This document shows positions 37,862 to 49,189 of a DNA stretch of 64,000 nucleotides, piece after piece (within the stretch, counting starts at the first letter, position 1; every line of letters begins with the position of its first letter). Origin of the DNA: an uncultured Eubacteriales bacterium (GTDB taxonomy: Bacteria > Bacillota > Clostridia > Oscillospirales > Acutalibacteraceae); contig CARATB010000002.1 in the NCBI GenBank assembly GCA_948941465.1, forward strand, positions 10,921 through 74,920. The letters run 5' to 3'. Below the pieces are notes generated by a model. It made no database searches, was not told where the DNA came from, and was given only the letters and a program-made list of their open reading frames with translations. A program made the position numbers and the translations under genes.

Positions 37862-38902
37862 GTGGAGGGTTTGATAAGCGAAAGACGTCTGGCAATACTC
37901 AATCTGATCATTGAGCATTACCTTAACACCGGCGAACCTATGGGTTCAAAAACTTTATGTCAGCTTCTCCCCTATTCGGTTTCAAGTGCCACAGTTAGAA
38001 ATGAAATGGCATATCTGTCCGAGCTTGGTTTACTGGAGCAGAGACACACCAGCGGCGGCAGAGTTCCAAGCAAAGCATCATACAGATATTATATCGACAG
38101 CCTGATGGAGAAAAAAAGCATCAGCAATTATGATGCTCGGAAAATCAACGAGGAATTATCCGTTAATGCAGGCGACCCCGAAAGGTTGTTAAGTGATGCC
38201 GCAAAACTGATTTCTTCTTACACGAACTGTGTAGGCTTCAGTTGTGCACTAAAGGATGAGCTTGACTGCATACAGGGTGTTGATCTTATTCCCGCAGGCA
38301 ATTCAAAAGCAATGCTTGTTATGCTTACAGTAGGCAGCAAAATCAAATCATCACTTATAAATATGCCCTGTGCTATAGATGATGATTTAAGGTTTTTGTT
38401 TTATGAGGTTATGAACAGATTGTTCATAGGAACACCTCTTACAGACGTTAACCTGTCACTTGTTCAAAGCTCAATACTGATTGCAAAAAGCAGAGTATTT
38501 GATTTACTGCCCGCACTCACATCTCTTTGCTCACTGTGCAGCGAGGCTTCACAGAGCAAACTGGGTCTTGAGGGGGAAACAAATCTTCTGTCACACGACG
38601 AGCTTGGCAGTGACGTATACAGACTGCTGTCATTCTTAACAGATAAATCACAGATAATTAATCTTATTAAGCAGTTTTCAAAAGGCAATGTTAAAACAGC
38701 ACTGTTTATCGGTGACGAAAATCCGCTGTACGAAATGAAGAACACATCAACCATTCTTTCAAATTTCACCTACGGCAATAATCAAAAAGCAGCATTGGGT
38801 ATGATTGGCTCAACCAGAATTGATTACAAGCACATCATCCCGGTTGTTAAATATATTTTAAACACAGTTGACACATTACTCTCAAAGGGAGGTACGATAT
38901 GA
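37862..38902 (+). CDS. hrcA: heat-inducible transcription repressor HrcA
   Basis: ERRLAILNLIIEHYLNTGEPMGSKTL is the HrcA N-terminal wHTH. The start could be GTG 37862 or TTG 37871. Confidence 0.88.
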   Translation: MEGLISERRLAILNLIIEHYLNTGEPMGSKTLCQLLPYSVSSATVRNEMAYLSELGLLEQRHTSGGRVPSKASYRYYIDSLMEKKSISNYDARKINEELSVNAGDPERLLSDAAKLISSYTNCVGFSCALKDELDCIQGVDLIPAGNSKAMLVMLTVGSKIKSSLINMPCAIDDDLRFLFYEVMNRLFIGTPLTDVNLSLVQSSILIAKSRVFDLLPALTSLCSLCSEASQSKLGLEGETNLLSHDELGSDVYRLLSFLTDKSQIINLIKQFSKGNVKTALFIGDENPLYEMKNTSTILSNFTYGNNQKAALGMIGSTRIDYKHIIPVVKYILNTVDTLLSKGGTI

Positions 38903-39420
38903 GCAAAAAAAACAGCAAGCCTGCTCCTGAAAAAGAAGAGGAAAAGGTTGAAGAGGATGTAAACACCACTGAAGAAACAGTGGAGGAAAATCCGCTTGAA
39001 AAGGAATTGGCAGACACCAAGGAGCAGCTTTTAAGGCTGACAGCCGAGTATGCAAATTTTAGAAAGAGAAGTGAAAAGGAAAAAAGCGAAAGTTTCACCT
39101 TTGCCACTGCCAAAGCAGTAGGCGAAATTCTCAGCGTAGTTGACAATCTCGAAAGAGCATTATCAAATGAGCAGGAGGACTATGAGGGACTGAAAAAGGG
39201 CGTTCAAATGACCTTTGACGGACTTATGGCATCCCTTGAAAAATTAGGCGTAACCGTCTACGGCGAAAGCGGTGATCAGTTTGACCCTAACTTCCACAAC
39301 GCAGTAATGCATATTGAGGATGAAAATCTGGATGAAAACGTAATCACAGATGTTTTCCAAAAAGGCTACAGAATAAATGATAAGGTCGTAAGACCTGCAA
39401 TGGTTAAAACAGCTAACTAA
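38899..39420 (+). CDS. grpE: nucleotide exchange factor GrpE
   Basis: Contains LRLTAEYANFRKR and GY.INDKVVRPAMV motifs. ATGA overlap with hrcA. Confidence 0.92.
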   Translation: MSKKNSKPAPEKEEEKVEEDVNTTEETVEENPLEKELADTKEQLLRLTAEYANFRKRSEKEKSESFTFATAKAVGEILSVVDNLERALSNEQEDYEGLKKGVQMTFDGLMASLEKLGVTVYGESGDQFDPNFHNAVMHIEDENLDENVITDVFQKGYRINDKVVRPAMVKTAN

Positions 39421-39425
39421 TTTAA

Positions 39426-41297
<1,872 letters not shown>

Positions 41298-41527
41298 TAG
41301 TTAGAATATAATATAAATGGTGGGACACACAACTGTCCCACCTTATAATTAGTTAAGAGAGAATCAGTGTGAAAATCACACTAATTCAATTGTATCGCCC
41401 TCAAAATTTGCCTGTGGCATAATTTTGAGATGGCTGAATTTCCGTTATACGCCTTGTCCGGCTACAACAAGACGTATATTTGATTTTTAATTTACTTTTG
41501 TAGCCAGAAAAGGCTACGGAAATTATT

Positions 41528-42667
41528 ATGGCAGAAAATAAGAGAGATTATTATGAGGTCCTCGGTGTTTCAAAGAGCGCAAGTGAAGATGAAATAAAAA
41601 AAGCCTACAGAAAAACTGCTAAAAAATATCATCCGGACTTAAATCCCGATAATGCAGAAGCTGAGGCTAAATTCAAGGAATGCAACGAAGCATATGAGGT
41701 ACTCAGTGACCCACAAAAAAAAGCAAGATATGACCAGTTCGGCTTTGCGGGAGTTGATCCTAACTATGGTGCCGGCCAGGGCGGATACGGAGGCGGCTTT
41801 GGCGGTGGTTTTGGCTTTGACGGAGATATCGACCTCGGCGACATCTTTTCATCCTTTTTTGGCGGCGGAGGCGGCTTTGGAGGAAGAAATCCGAATGCTC
41901 CCCAAAGAGGACGTGATATTCAGTCAAGTGTAACCCTCACCTTTGAGGAAGCTGCAAAGGGCTGCAAAAAGACTATCGAGGTTATGCGTGTTATGGACTG
42001 CAGCGACTGTCACGGCAGCGGCGCAGCAGCAGGCACAACACCCCAGACCTGTCCCGAATGTCAGGGCAGAGGTACTATAAACATTCAGCAGCGAACACCT
42101 CTCGGCGTAATGAGCACACAGCGTACCTGCAACAGATGCGGCGGCACAGGTAAGGTTATTACCACCCCATGCAAAAAATGTAACGGCAAGGGTAAAGTCA
42201 GGACAAAGAAGAAAATCGACATCAATATCCCTGCAGGCATCGACAACAATCAGGTTGTTAATGTGCGTGGATTCGGTAACGACGGCTCAAACGGCGGTCC
42301 GGCCGGAGATTTAAAGGTTGTTGTCAATATCAAGCCACATGCTTATTTCAGACGTGACGGATATGATGTTCATTACAGTAAGCATATTTCAATAGTTCAG
42401 GCAACGCTTGGTGCTGATGTTGAAATACCGACACTTGACGGCAATGTAACACTGAATATTCCTGCAGGCACACAGCCTAATGAGGTATTCACCTTAAAAG
42501 GCAACAAGGGCATTCAGAGGCTCAACGGCATGGGCAAAGGCGAGGAATATGTAACAATCGTTGTTGACATCCCTAAAAACGTAAGTGATGAGCAGAAAAA
42601 ACTGCTTAATGATTTTGATAAATCCTACACTCCCCCAAAGCCTAAAAAAAGAGGCTTTTTCAGATAA
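41528..42667 (+). CDS. dnaJ: molecular chaperone DnaJ
   Basis: J-domain YHPD, a G/F-rich region, and four CxxCxGxG zinc motifs. Confidence 0.97.
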   Translation: MAENKRDYYEVLGVSKSASEDEIKKAYRKTAKKYHPDLNPDNAEAEAKFKECNEAYEVLSDPQKKARYDQFGFAGVDPNYGAGQGGYGGGFGGGFGFDGDIDLGDIFSSFFGGGGGFGGRNPNAPQRGRDIQSSVTLTFEEAAKGCKKTIEVMRVMDCSDCHGSGAAAGTTPQTCPECQGRGTINIQQRTPLGVMSTQRTCNRCGGTGKVITTPCKKCNGKGKVRTKKKIDINIPAGIDNNQVVNVRGFGNDGSNGGPAGDLKVVVNIKPHAYFRRDGYDVHYSKHISIVQATLGADVEIPTLDGNVTLNIPAGTQPNEVFTLKGNKGIQRLNGMGKGEEYVTIVVDIPKNVSDEQKKLLNDFDKSYTPPKPKKRGFFR

Positions 42668-42704
42668 GAGCAAACCCAGGGTGAAATCACCCTGGGTTTG
42701 CTCT
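42667..42704 (+). terminator. terminator hairpin after dnaJ
   Basis: 17-bp stem AGAGCAAACCCAGGGTG-AAAT-CACCCTGGGTTTGCTCT. The T-run is weak. Confidence 0.6.
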
Positions 42705-42733
42705 TATCCATATAGATAGCAGAACATTCTTTT

Positions 42734-43240
42734 TTATTTGGAATTTGATTTCTTATTACCAATCATTTTTATAAGAAATACTAACGGAATAATCGGTGCA
42801 ATATGCAAAACTATTCTGCCAAATATCGACGGTGCCAAATCATACGGCTCAGAAAGATTGAATAAAGCATGGTTCATATAGTATTCCGCTTTTTGGCTCA
42901 AAATACCAAATGAATCTCCAAAAAACAAGAAAGTTTCAATTACCCATATATTAGAAATAACGAAAGAAAAAATTAAAAAAACTGCAAATTCTATTTTTAA
43001 ATGATTTTTAAGCGTATACAGAGATATAAACACAAGAAAGAAAATATAAAGCAATAAAAATACAATTTCTGAAATAAAATCATATTTAATATGATTGGCA
43101 ATTTTATCAAACGAATAGAAAACAAAAATAAACATAGCTATTGATATCAATGCCACGATATGGCTTATCTTTGATTTATCTATTTTCATAGTATAGCCCT
43201 CCAATTGCTGCATTATATCAGCATGATTAACTGTTATCAT
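42734..43240 (-). CDS. polytopic membrane protein, candidate immunity protein for the orphan RHS toxin tip
   Basis: 168 aa with 4-5 hydrophobic helices, very AT-rich, directly downstream of the orphan toxin cassette. Confidence 0.4.
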   Translation of the reverse strand: MITVNHADIMQQLEGYTMKIDKSKISHIVALISIAMFIFVFYSFDKIANHIKYDFISEIVFLLLYIFFLVFISLYTLKNHLKIEFAVFLIFSFVISNIWVIETFLFFGDSFGILSQKAEYYMNHALFNLSEPYDLAPSIFGRIVLHIAPIIPLVFLIKMIGNKKSNSK

Positions 43241-43272
43241 TAATTTGAGAAATTTTTGCTTTCATATACAGT

Positions 43273-43787
43273 TTATACTCCACCCAAAAAAGCTTTCAAA
43301 AAAGTATATGTCAGTCTTTGCGTTTCTAATAATCTACTAATATCACCGGGTTTCTTTTTTAATCTGTTCTTTGCTGAATTGGTCCATAATTTGTGTTTTT
43401 CAAGTTGTTGATACTTTAGAACATATATTAATGTCGAGTGTGTCGAATCATACATAGCTAACAAAACTGCATATGATGTAGAAGGATAATCCTTATCCAG
43501 AGCAGCACAGTATTTGCCCAACCTATAAGCATCTTTTTTTGAAAATCCGCATTATCAACAGGATCATTACAGCAATATGCAAAGAGATTTGTGCCAATTT
43601 GTTCTTCTCTACACTCATATGCTATATCTATATCATCCGCATTGATAAAACGGCAGATTGATGGGTCATAATAACGGGATTGGAGATAATAGTAACCTGT
43701 TTCGCTGTCAAGATAATAACCACGATAGCGGAGCGAGTTTGCATTTGTTATTTTTATTGTACAGATTTTGTAAATTTTTGTCAACAT
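43273..43787 (-). pseudogene. orphan RHS C-terminal toxin cassette, frameshifted
   Basis: ORF 43458-43787 carries LRYRGYYLDSETGYYYLQSRYYDPSICRFINAD, identical to the end of the main RHS core. The reading frame continues in ORF 43273-43521 after a 1-nt shift at the homopolymer run 43534-43540. There is no own N-terminal RHS body. Confidence 0.75.
43635..43742 (-). repeat. 108-bp homology block shared with the main rhs gene (partner at 45031-45138, 105/108 identical)
   Basis: Base-by-base comparison of the two segments. The block encodes the conserved RHS core end. Confidence 0.9.
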
Positions 43788-43845
43788 CTAATTTGATTTG
43801 AATATTTAAAACCCGGAGCAATATTACTCCGGGCTACTCATAAAC

Positions 43846-44319
43846 TCATTCGACTCGTACAACGGTAAATGTTTTATAAATATTTTTCAAAATTTCAATC
43901 ATATTTTCTGTTTTGGATATACCTTTATTAACGTATACATATACATCAATGTCCAAAGAACTATTGGAACTTATATCATATGTCGGTTCTAAATCAATAC
44001 AACTTTCAATCAAATAAAAATCATCATTTTTAACAACCTTCTCGTTAAAAATACATACCGAAAAATCATTGTTATTTGTAAATTTATATTTTACTTTTAC
44101 GAGCTTATAGTTTTCGGTATAGAGTTCTACATTTCCCGGTGAAAAAGCACAATTGTATTTTTCAAAATCCTCTTTGGTTGCATCAGAAATATTCAAAATA
44201 TCAAAATTAACTTTTTCTGCGGGAGGTTTCATTGTATTACTGCAGAATGCAAACAAAATTATTACTAATAAAGTTGCTAATAAAACAGAAATACTCCCAA
44301 TGAATAATGCTTTTTTCAT
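43846..44319 (-). CDS. membrane-anchored or secreted small protein, candidate immunity protein for the RHS amidase-like toxin
   Basis: 157 aa. N-terminal signal/anchor MKKALFIGSISVLLATLLVIILFAFC. Lies 7 nt downstream of the rhs stop. Confidence 0.5.
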   Translation of the reverse strand: MKKALFIGSISVLLATLLVIILFAFCSNTMKPPAEKVNFDILNISDATKEDFEKYNCAFSPGNVELYTENYKLVKVKYKFTNNNDFSVCIFNEKVVKNDDFYLIESCIDLEPTYDISSNSSLDIDVYVYVNKGISKTENMIEILKNIYKTFTVVRVE

Positions 44320-44325
44320 ATAACC

Positions 44326-47300
44326 CTACCTTAAAACACAAACTTTTACAATCATATTTTTATAATAATTATTGTTATAAACATCTTTGATGGATGTATA
44401 CTGTCTTTTACCATTTAAATATCGTTTACCATTTTTATCACTTGTATGTGCATAGTAATACATATCATAATATTTTGTACTATTAATAATTTGACCGCTT
44501 AATGCTGCATGATTTATTCCCTTTGGTTCTTTAGGGTTATTCCAATCAAAAAACAAAACTGCACAACAATATGGTTTTTTGTATATTTGTTTGCCAACCC
44601 AATCGACATCACTTTTTCTTCTTATTGTATAAATGGTATTAATATAGTGCTTATCTCTTAGCCAATCATATAAATTCTGTGCAGCTGCCCAAGCATGTGA
44701 CCTATCATAATAAACTGTTCTACGATTATATGCATCCCTGGTATTTCTGCATACACAATGCCATCCACTACGTCCATAGCCAGTCATTTTACTTAATCCA
44801 CCCGCATAAAGGCATGCTGAAACAAAATTTGTACAATCTCCGCTACTGTTTTGTCCGTATTTCGGATTGATACCATTTTTTCTGTTCCACCATTTTTCAG
44901 CATATGCTTTTGCTTTGCTTGCACTGTAATAGCCGTCATAATCCACATCATTAATTGGATTGTTACAGCAATAAGCAAATATGTTCAGTCCGTTAACATC
45001 AAATTTATACTGCTGTGCAATATTGGGTATATCCGCATTGATAAAACGGCAGATTGATGGGTCATAATAACGGGATTGGAGATAATAGTAACCTGTTTCG
45101 CTGTCCAGATAATAACCACGGTAGCGGAGCGGGTTTGCCTCAGCAAGTTCTCTTTCCTCATCGGTATTGTTGAGCAATGTAACAACAACTGTATTGCCCC
45201 ACTCGTCATACTCATACTGCACAACCTCTTTACCGCCGCTGTTTACAATACTGGCAACATCACCTTGCTGATTGGTCATATATAAATACTGCTTGCCGTT
45301 ATAATTCAAGCCAAGCGGCACACCGTCAGGGTCATACTGAAAATGCATTGTGTTGGTGCCGTCTGTCTGGGACAAAATTACACCGTCCATTGTATTATAG
45401 TATGTTGTTAATCCATTGACTGTCTTTGATGTTCTTATGCCGTTTTCGTCATATGTATAAGTATATTCATTTTCACCGTCTGTTATACTTTCAAGATGTC
45501 TGCCGGTGTTCCAGCTAAACGCTCTGTCACCATAGGTCAGCACATTACCGTTAGCATCATAAGTTAAAGAATCATCATTAACCTTTATGAGCAGGTCTTT
45601 CCAACCGCTGTCAGAATAGGTAAAGGTTGTTGTTCCTTGTGAATCCCCGTTACGGTCATAGGTTTCACGCAGGGTTACATTACCTCTGCTGTCATAAGTA
45701 TAATCGGATTGATATACGCCAAAACCGTTTTTAACACTTATCAGCTGACTGTTATCATCATAGGTAAAACGCTGTGAGGCTGAGCCATAGCCTGTACCTG
45801 TTATTCTGCCCTGTTCATCATACTCATTGACGATTGCTGTTTCGGCAGTTACGGTTGTTATATTTTTTTCAGTTACATTGTCAAAATCATCATACTTATA
45901 TGTTGATTTAATCAATTTTCTTGGACCATTTTGTGACACATCGGATATAAGCTTTCCGTTTTCATCTGTAGTAGCAGTATAATTTACACCTGCACTGCCA
46001 TTATCACGCAAATAAACTATGCTGTTTTCCTTTGAAACAATATGATAATTTGTTCCGAAATTCGTACCGATAATATCCGTCTGTGCTTCAATACCCTGCT
46101 CTTCATCCGCTTCGGTTACAGTTTCACTGTATGACTGAACAAGGGTATTGTCCGACATCCGGTAAACCTCAAAGCTGCCATTTTCACCATAGGTGTATCT
46201 GAGGTCACTGTCATAATTAATTTTCTGTGTCAGCTCACCCTCTGTATTATATGCAAAGGTTACATATGGTGAGGTACTGTTATCTCTGTATTGTGCGGTT
46301 ACATAGCCGTCGTCGTTATACTCATATCGGATTTTACTGCCGTTTGCGTAATTTTCTGACACAAGGTTACCGCTGTCATCATAGGTATATGAAATGGTTT
46401 CAGCTCCGCCGATTTTTACATTCAGCGGATTACCGTCATCAGTATAATTGAACTCGTAAATATCAAAGCTTTCTTTGATTTTTGCACCAACGTCATTATA
46501 CTGATAATTTGTCGTTACACCAAGGCGGTTTGTTTCGCTTGCAAGATTGCCGTTTTCGGCATAAACATAGGTCTGACCTGCCGTCGGGTCTGAATAAGTA
46601 TTTTCCGCAGGCAATCCGTCCTTTGTGCTGTCATAATCCTCTGCACTGATTTCCTGCACCACTCTGCCAAGGTCATCGTAAAGTGTTCGGGTAACACTGT
46701 CACCCTCTTTGGCAAGGAGCGTTCTGCCTGCATTATCATAAACATAGGATGCCGTATCACTTTCACAGGCTGTGGTGAGAACATTGCCTAAGGTATCATA
46801 TGTATATGAAGTAACAGTTGTTGTGGTTTTGCTGTTCTCCGTAATAACAGATGTTTCCTTCGTAACATTACCGCTGGTATCATATTCATATTTATATGCA
46901 TAGCCGTCGCTGCTGTTTTCCTCAACAACACGTCCATTGCTATCATAAGTATACTCTGTTTTATCAAAGCAAGTCAAGTCAGGATTGTAAATATTTGGAA
47001 TTTCTCCATCATAATCCTCCTTAAGTGCGGCACTGACAAGAATATAGTTATTATCATCATATGTATAATAGGTGTAGCTGTCACCATTCTGCTCTCGGAT
47101 TACATTGCCCTTTTCATCATATGTATAATATGAATTATCCTCGGCATCTTCTGTGACAGATGAGAGAACATTGCCCATATCATCATATGTATAGGTTGTG
47201 GTTGTGCCGTCCGTGGTTTCAGTAACAACACGCCATTGGATGTCATATGTATATGCTGTTATCTGACCATACTCATCGGTATACTCTACAGGCAGAAAAG

Positions 47301-48474
47301 CATCATTATATACAGTTTTAGTAGCTTCGCCGCCTGAGGTCAAGGTGGTATAGGTCATATGCGCATCGTCATAATTATATGTAATATATGAGCCGTTATC
47401 ATATGTAACACGCTTAACCCTGCCGTTATCATAGTAGCTTATGGATTTGTCCATACTTCTGATAAGGGTATAGTCGGTTGTATTGCTTGTGTATTCATAC
47501 TGACCGAGAGTAACCCCTGCCTGATCGGTTACCTTAATATATCTGCCAAGCTTTGTTGTATATTCAAGCTTATTACCATTTGGGTCAGTTATTTCCTTAA
47601 CGCTGTAATACTTTACTCCGCTGCCGTCAGGTGCTTCAATCCCTCTGTAATCCGACAAGGCAAAGGAACGACCTGCACCGTCGGAAATAGAAATCTCCTC
47701 TGTATTGGTTGTTCTGCTCAGGTTTAACCTGTTGCCTGAATAATCCTCAATTGCACTGAGATATGCGATGCTTTGGAGTGCTTTGATTTCAAAATAATAC
47801 TTATAAGCACCGGTATCAAAGATATAATTCTTATCTGTTTTCGTGAGCACATATCCATTAAGCTCATCAACATATGTGTCAGCATCTTTTCGTATCATAG
47901 GATACTTTGAGCTGTCGGGAAGCTGCACCTCAAGACGGCTGTTTGTAACAAGCACCTTACTGTGGATAGACTCAAACCAGTCTTTGTCAGCACTGTTATA
48001 AATTCTTGTATAACCGAAATCAATATTGTTATAGGAGAATTCAAAGTCAGTATTTCCTTCTGTATATACTCCGATAGCTTCATTTGTTGTTGACAGATTC
48101 AGATAAGTTATCCTGCCATTTTCACCGATACGGGCATAGACCTTTGTAGTCTGAAAGGCGGGAATTGAAAAGGGTACTGCATAATCAGTCCAGTCACCAT
48201 CCTCACCTATTTTGTACTGTATTGCCGTATTGTTTGTGTAGTCAAGCTTATAAAGACCTACAAGCTCGCCGTATCTGTAAAAAAGCGGCACCGGTGATAT
48301 TGCGGCTTCTGCCTTAATTAATGACATAAAATCGACGTAATCCGACAAAAACAGATTACCGAATGTCATTGTCATAAAGGTTGAAAAACCCATCAGCACC
48401 GCAAGGAAAATGCTCAACAGCTTTTTCCAGAGTTTTGTTTGGGACACTTTGTTTTCATAATAATTTTCTTTCAT
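44326..48474 (-). CDS. RHS/YD-repeat polymorphic toxin with an Amidase_6-like (papain-fold putative amidase) C-terminal domain
   Basis: 1382 aa with an N-terminal signal peptide (..LIKAEA/A) and dozens of YD repeats (Y.YD..G). The core-end motif is YYLQSRYYDPSICRFINAD. The C-terminal tip carries SGDCTNFVSACLYAGGL, the hallmark of the PF12671-type domain. AGGAGG RBS. Confidence 0.9.
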   Translation of the reverse strand: MKENYYENKVSQTKLWKKLLSIFLAVLMGFSTFMTMTFGNLFLSDYVDFMSLIKAEAAISPVPLFYRYGELVGLYKLDYTNNTAIQYKIGEDGDWTDYAVPFSIPAFQTTKVYARIGENGRITYLNLSTTNEAIGVYTEGNTDFEFSYNNIDFGYTRIYNSADKDWFESIHSKVLVTNSRLEVQLPDSSKYPMIRKDADTYVDELNGYVLTKTDKNYIFDTGAYKYYFEIKALQSIAYLSAIEDYSGNRLNLSRTTNTEEISISDGAGRSFALSDYRGIEAPDGSGVKYYSVKEITDPNGNKLEYTTKLGRYIKVTDQAGVTLGQYEYTSNTTDYTLIRSMDKSISYYDNGRVKRVTYDNGSYITYNYDDAHMTYTTLTSGGEATKTVYNDAFLPVEYTDEYGQITAYTYDIQWRVVTETTDGTTTTYTYDDMGNVLSSVTEDAEDNSYYTYDEKGNVIREQNGDSYTYYTYDDNNYILVSAALKEDYDGEIPNIYNPDLTCFDKTEYTYDSNGRVVEENSSDGYAYKYEYDTSGNVTKETSVITENSKTTTTVTSYTYDTLGNVLTTACESDTASYVYDNAGRTLLAKEGDSVTRTLYDDLGRVVQEISAEDYDSTKDGLPAENTYSDPTAGQTYVYAENGNLASETNRLGVTTNYQYNDVGAKIKESFDIYEFNYTDDGNPLNVKIGGAETISYTYDDSGNLVSENYANGSKIRYEYNDDGYVTAQYRDNSTSPYVTFAYNTEGELTQKINYDSDLRYTYGENGSFEVYRMSDNTLVQSYSETVTEADEEQGIEAQTDIIGTNFGTNYHIVSKENSIVYLRDNGSAGVNYTATTDENGKLISDVSQNGPRKLIKSTYKYDDFDNVTEKNITTVTAETAIVNEYDEQGRITGTGYGSASQRFTYDDNSQLISVKNGFGVYQSDYTYDSRGNVTLRETYDRNGDSQGTTTFTYSDSGWKDLLIKVNDDSLTYDANGNVLTYGDRAFSWNTGRHLESITDGENEYTYTYDENGIRTSKTVNGLTTYYNTMDGVILSQTDGTNTMHFQYDPDGVPLGLNYNGKQYLYMTNQQGDVASIVNSGGKEVVQYEYDEWGNTVVVTLLNNTDEERELAEANPLRYRGYYLDSETGYYYLQSRYYDPSICRFINADIPNIAQQYKFDVNGLNIFAYCCNNPINDVDYDGYYSASKAKAYAEKWWNRKNGINPKYGQNSSGDCTNFVSACLYAGGLSKMTGYGRSGWHCVCRNTRDAYNRRTVYYDRSHAWAAAQNLYDWLRDKHYINTIYTIRRKSDVDWVGKQIYKKPYCCAVLFFDWNNPKEPKGINHAALSGQIINSTKYYDMYYYAHTSDKNGKRYLNGKRQYTSIKDVYNNNYYKNMIVKVCVLR

Positions 48475-48553
48475 TTTTTATACCTCCTAACAATATAAAT
48501 TAAAACACAACTTATTGCGTTATATATATAGTGTGGATTTTTGAAAAAAGTAA

Positions 48554-48593
48554 CAAAAAAATCAGCAGTAAATCAAAAAAATTTACTGCTGAT
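48554..48593 (-). terminator. intrinsic terminator after nrdG
   Basis: 13-bp stem ATCAGCAGTAAAT/ATTTACTGCTGAT, followed by a T7 run on the minus strand. Confidence 0.8.
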
Positions 48594-48597
48594 AAAA

Positions 48598-49122
48598 TTA
48601 TTCCATATAAAGGACTATTCTTTTTTCTGATAAGGTTTTTTGAACATCAATGATACGCTGATTTGACGAGCCGCGGAATTTGAGTGAAATATCCTTTTTA
48701 CTTTCCTCAAAGCGTCCGTCAACAAGAACATCAATCAGCGACAGCATTTCTGCAGACACATCGGTTTTTGCCCTGCTTTTCGCTCTTCCTGTTATTTCTT
48801 CAAAGGTAAAGCCCGAGTAACACCATATATCCTTATCGGGGAATTTTTCCTTAAACATTACAAGAAACGGCAGGAGCACTCTTTGATTTTCAGGCTCAAA
48901 GGGCTCACCGCCCAAAAGAGAAAGACCATTTATCCAATCAGGCTCACATGACTCAAGTATTTCCATCATTGTCTGTTCGGTAAACGCCTCCCCAAACCCA
49001 AAATCCCAAGTCTGTGCATTAAAACAGTCCTTGCAGTGATGTCTGCAGCCTGACACAAAAAGCGATGTACGAACACCTATTCCGTTTGAAATATCATTTT
49101 TTTTGATTTCACCGTAGTTCAT
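48598..49122 (-). CDS. nrdG: anaerobic ribonucleoside-triphosphate reductase activating protein
   Basis: NGIGVRTSLFVSGCRHHCKDCFN is a radical SAM motif. GAGGTGG RBS precedes the ATG at 49122. Confidence 0.9.
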   Translation of the reverse strand: MNYGEIKKNDISNGIGVRTSLFVSGCRHHCKDCFNAQTWDFGFGEAFTEQTMMEILESCEPDWINGLSLLGGEPFEPENQRVLLPFLVMFKEKFPDKDIWCYSGFTFEEITGRAKSRAKTDVSAEMLSLIDVLVDGRFEESKKDISLKFRGSSNQRIIDVQKTLSEKRIVLYME

Positions 49123-49189
49123 ATTCCACCTCATATTTTACAACTATATGGCAATAGGCTGTCTTTAATCAGACAGCCTATTTTTCATT

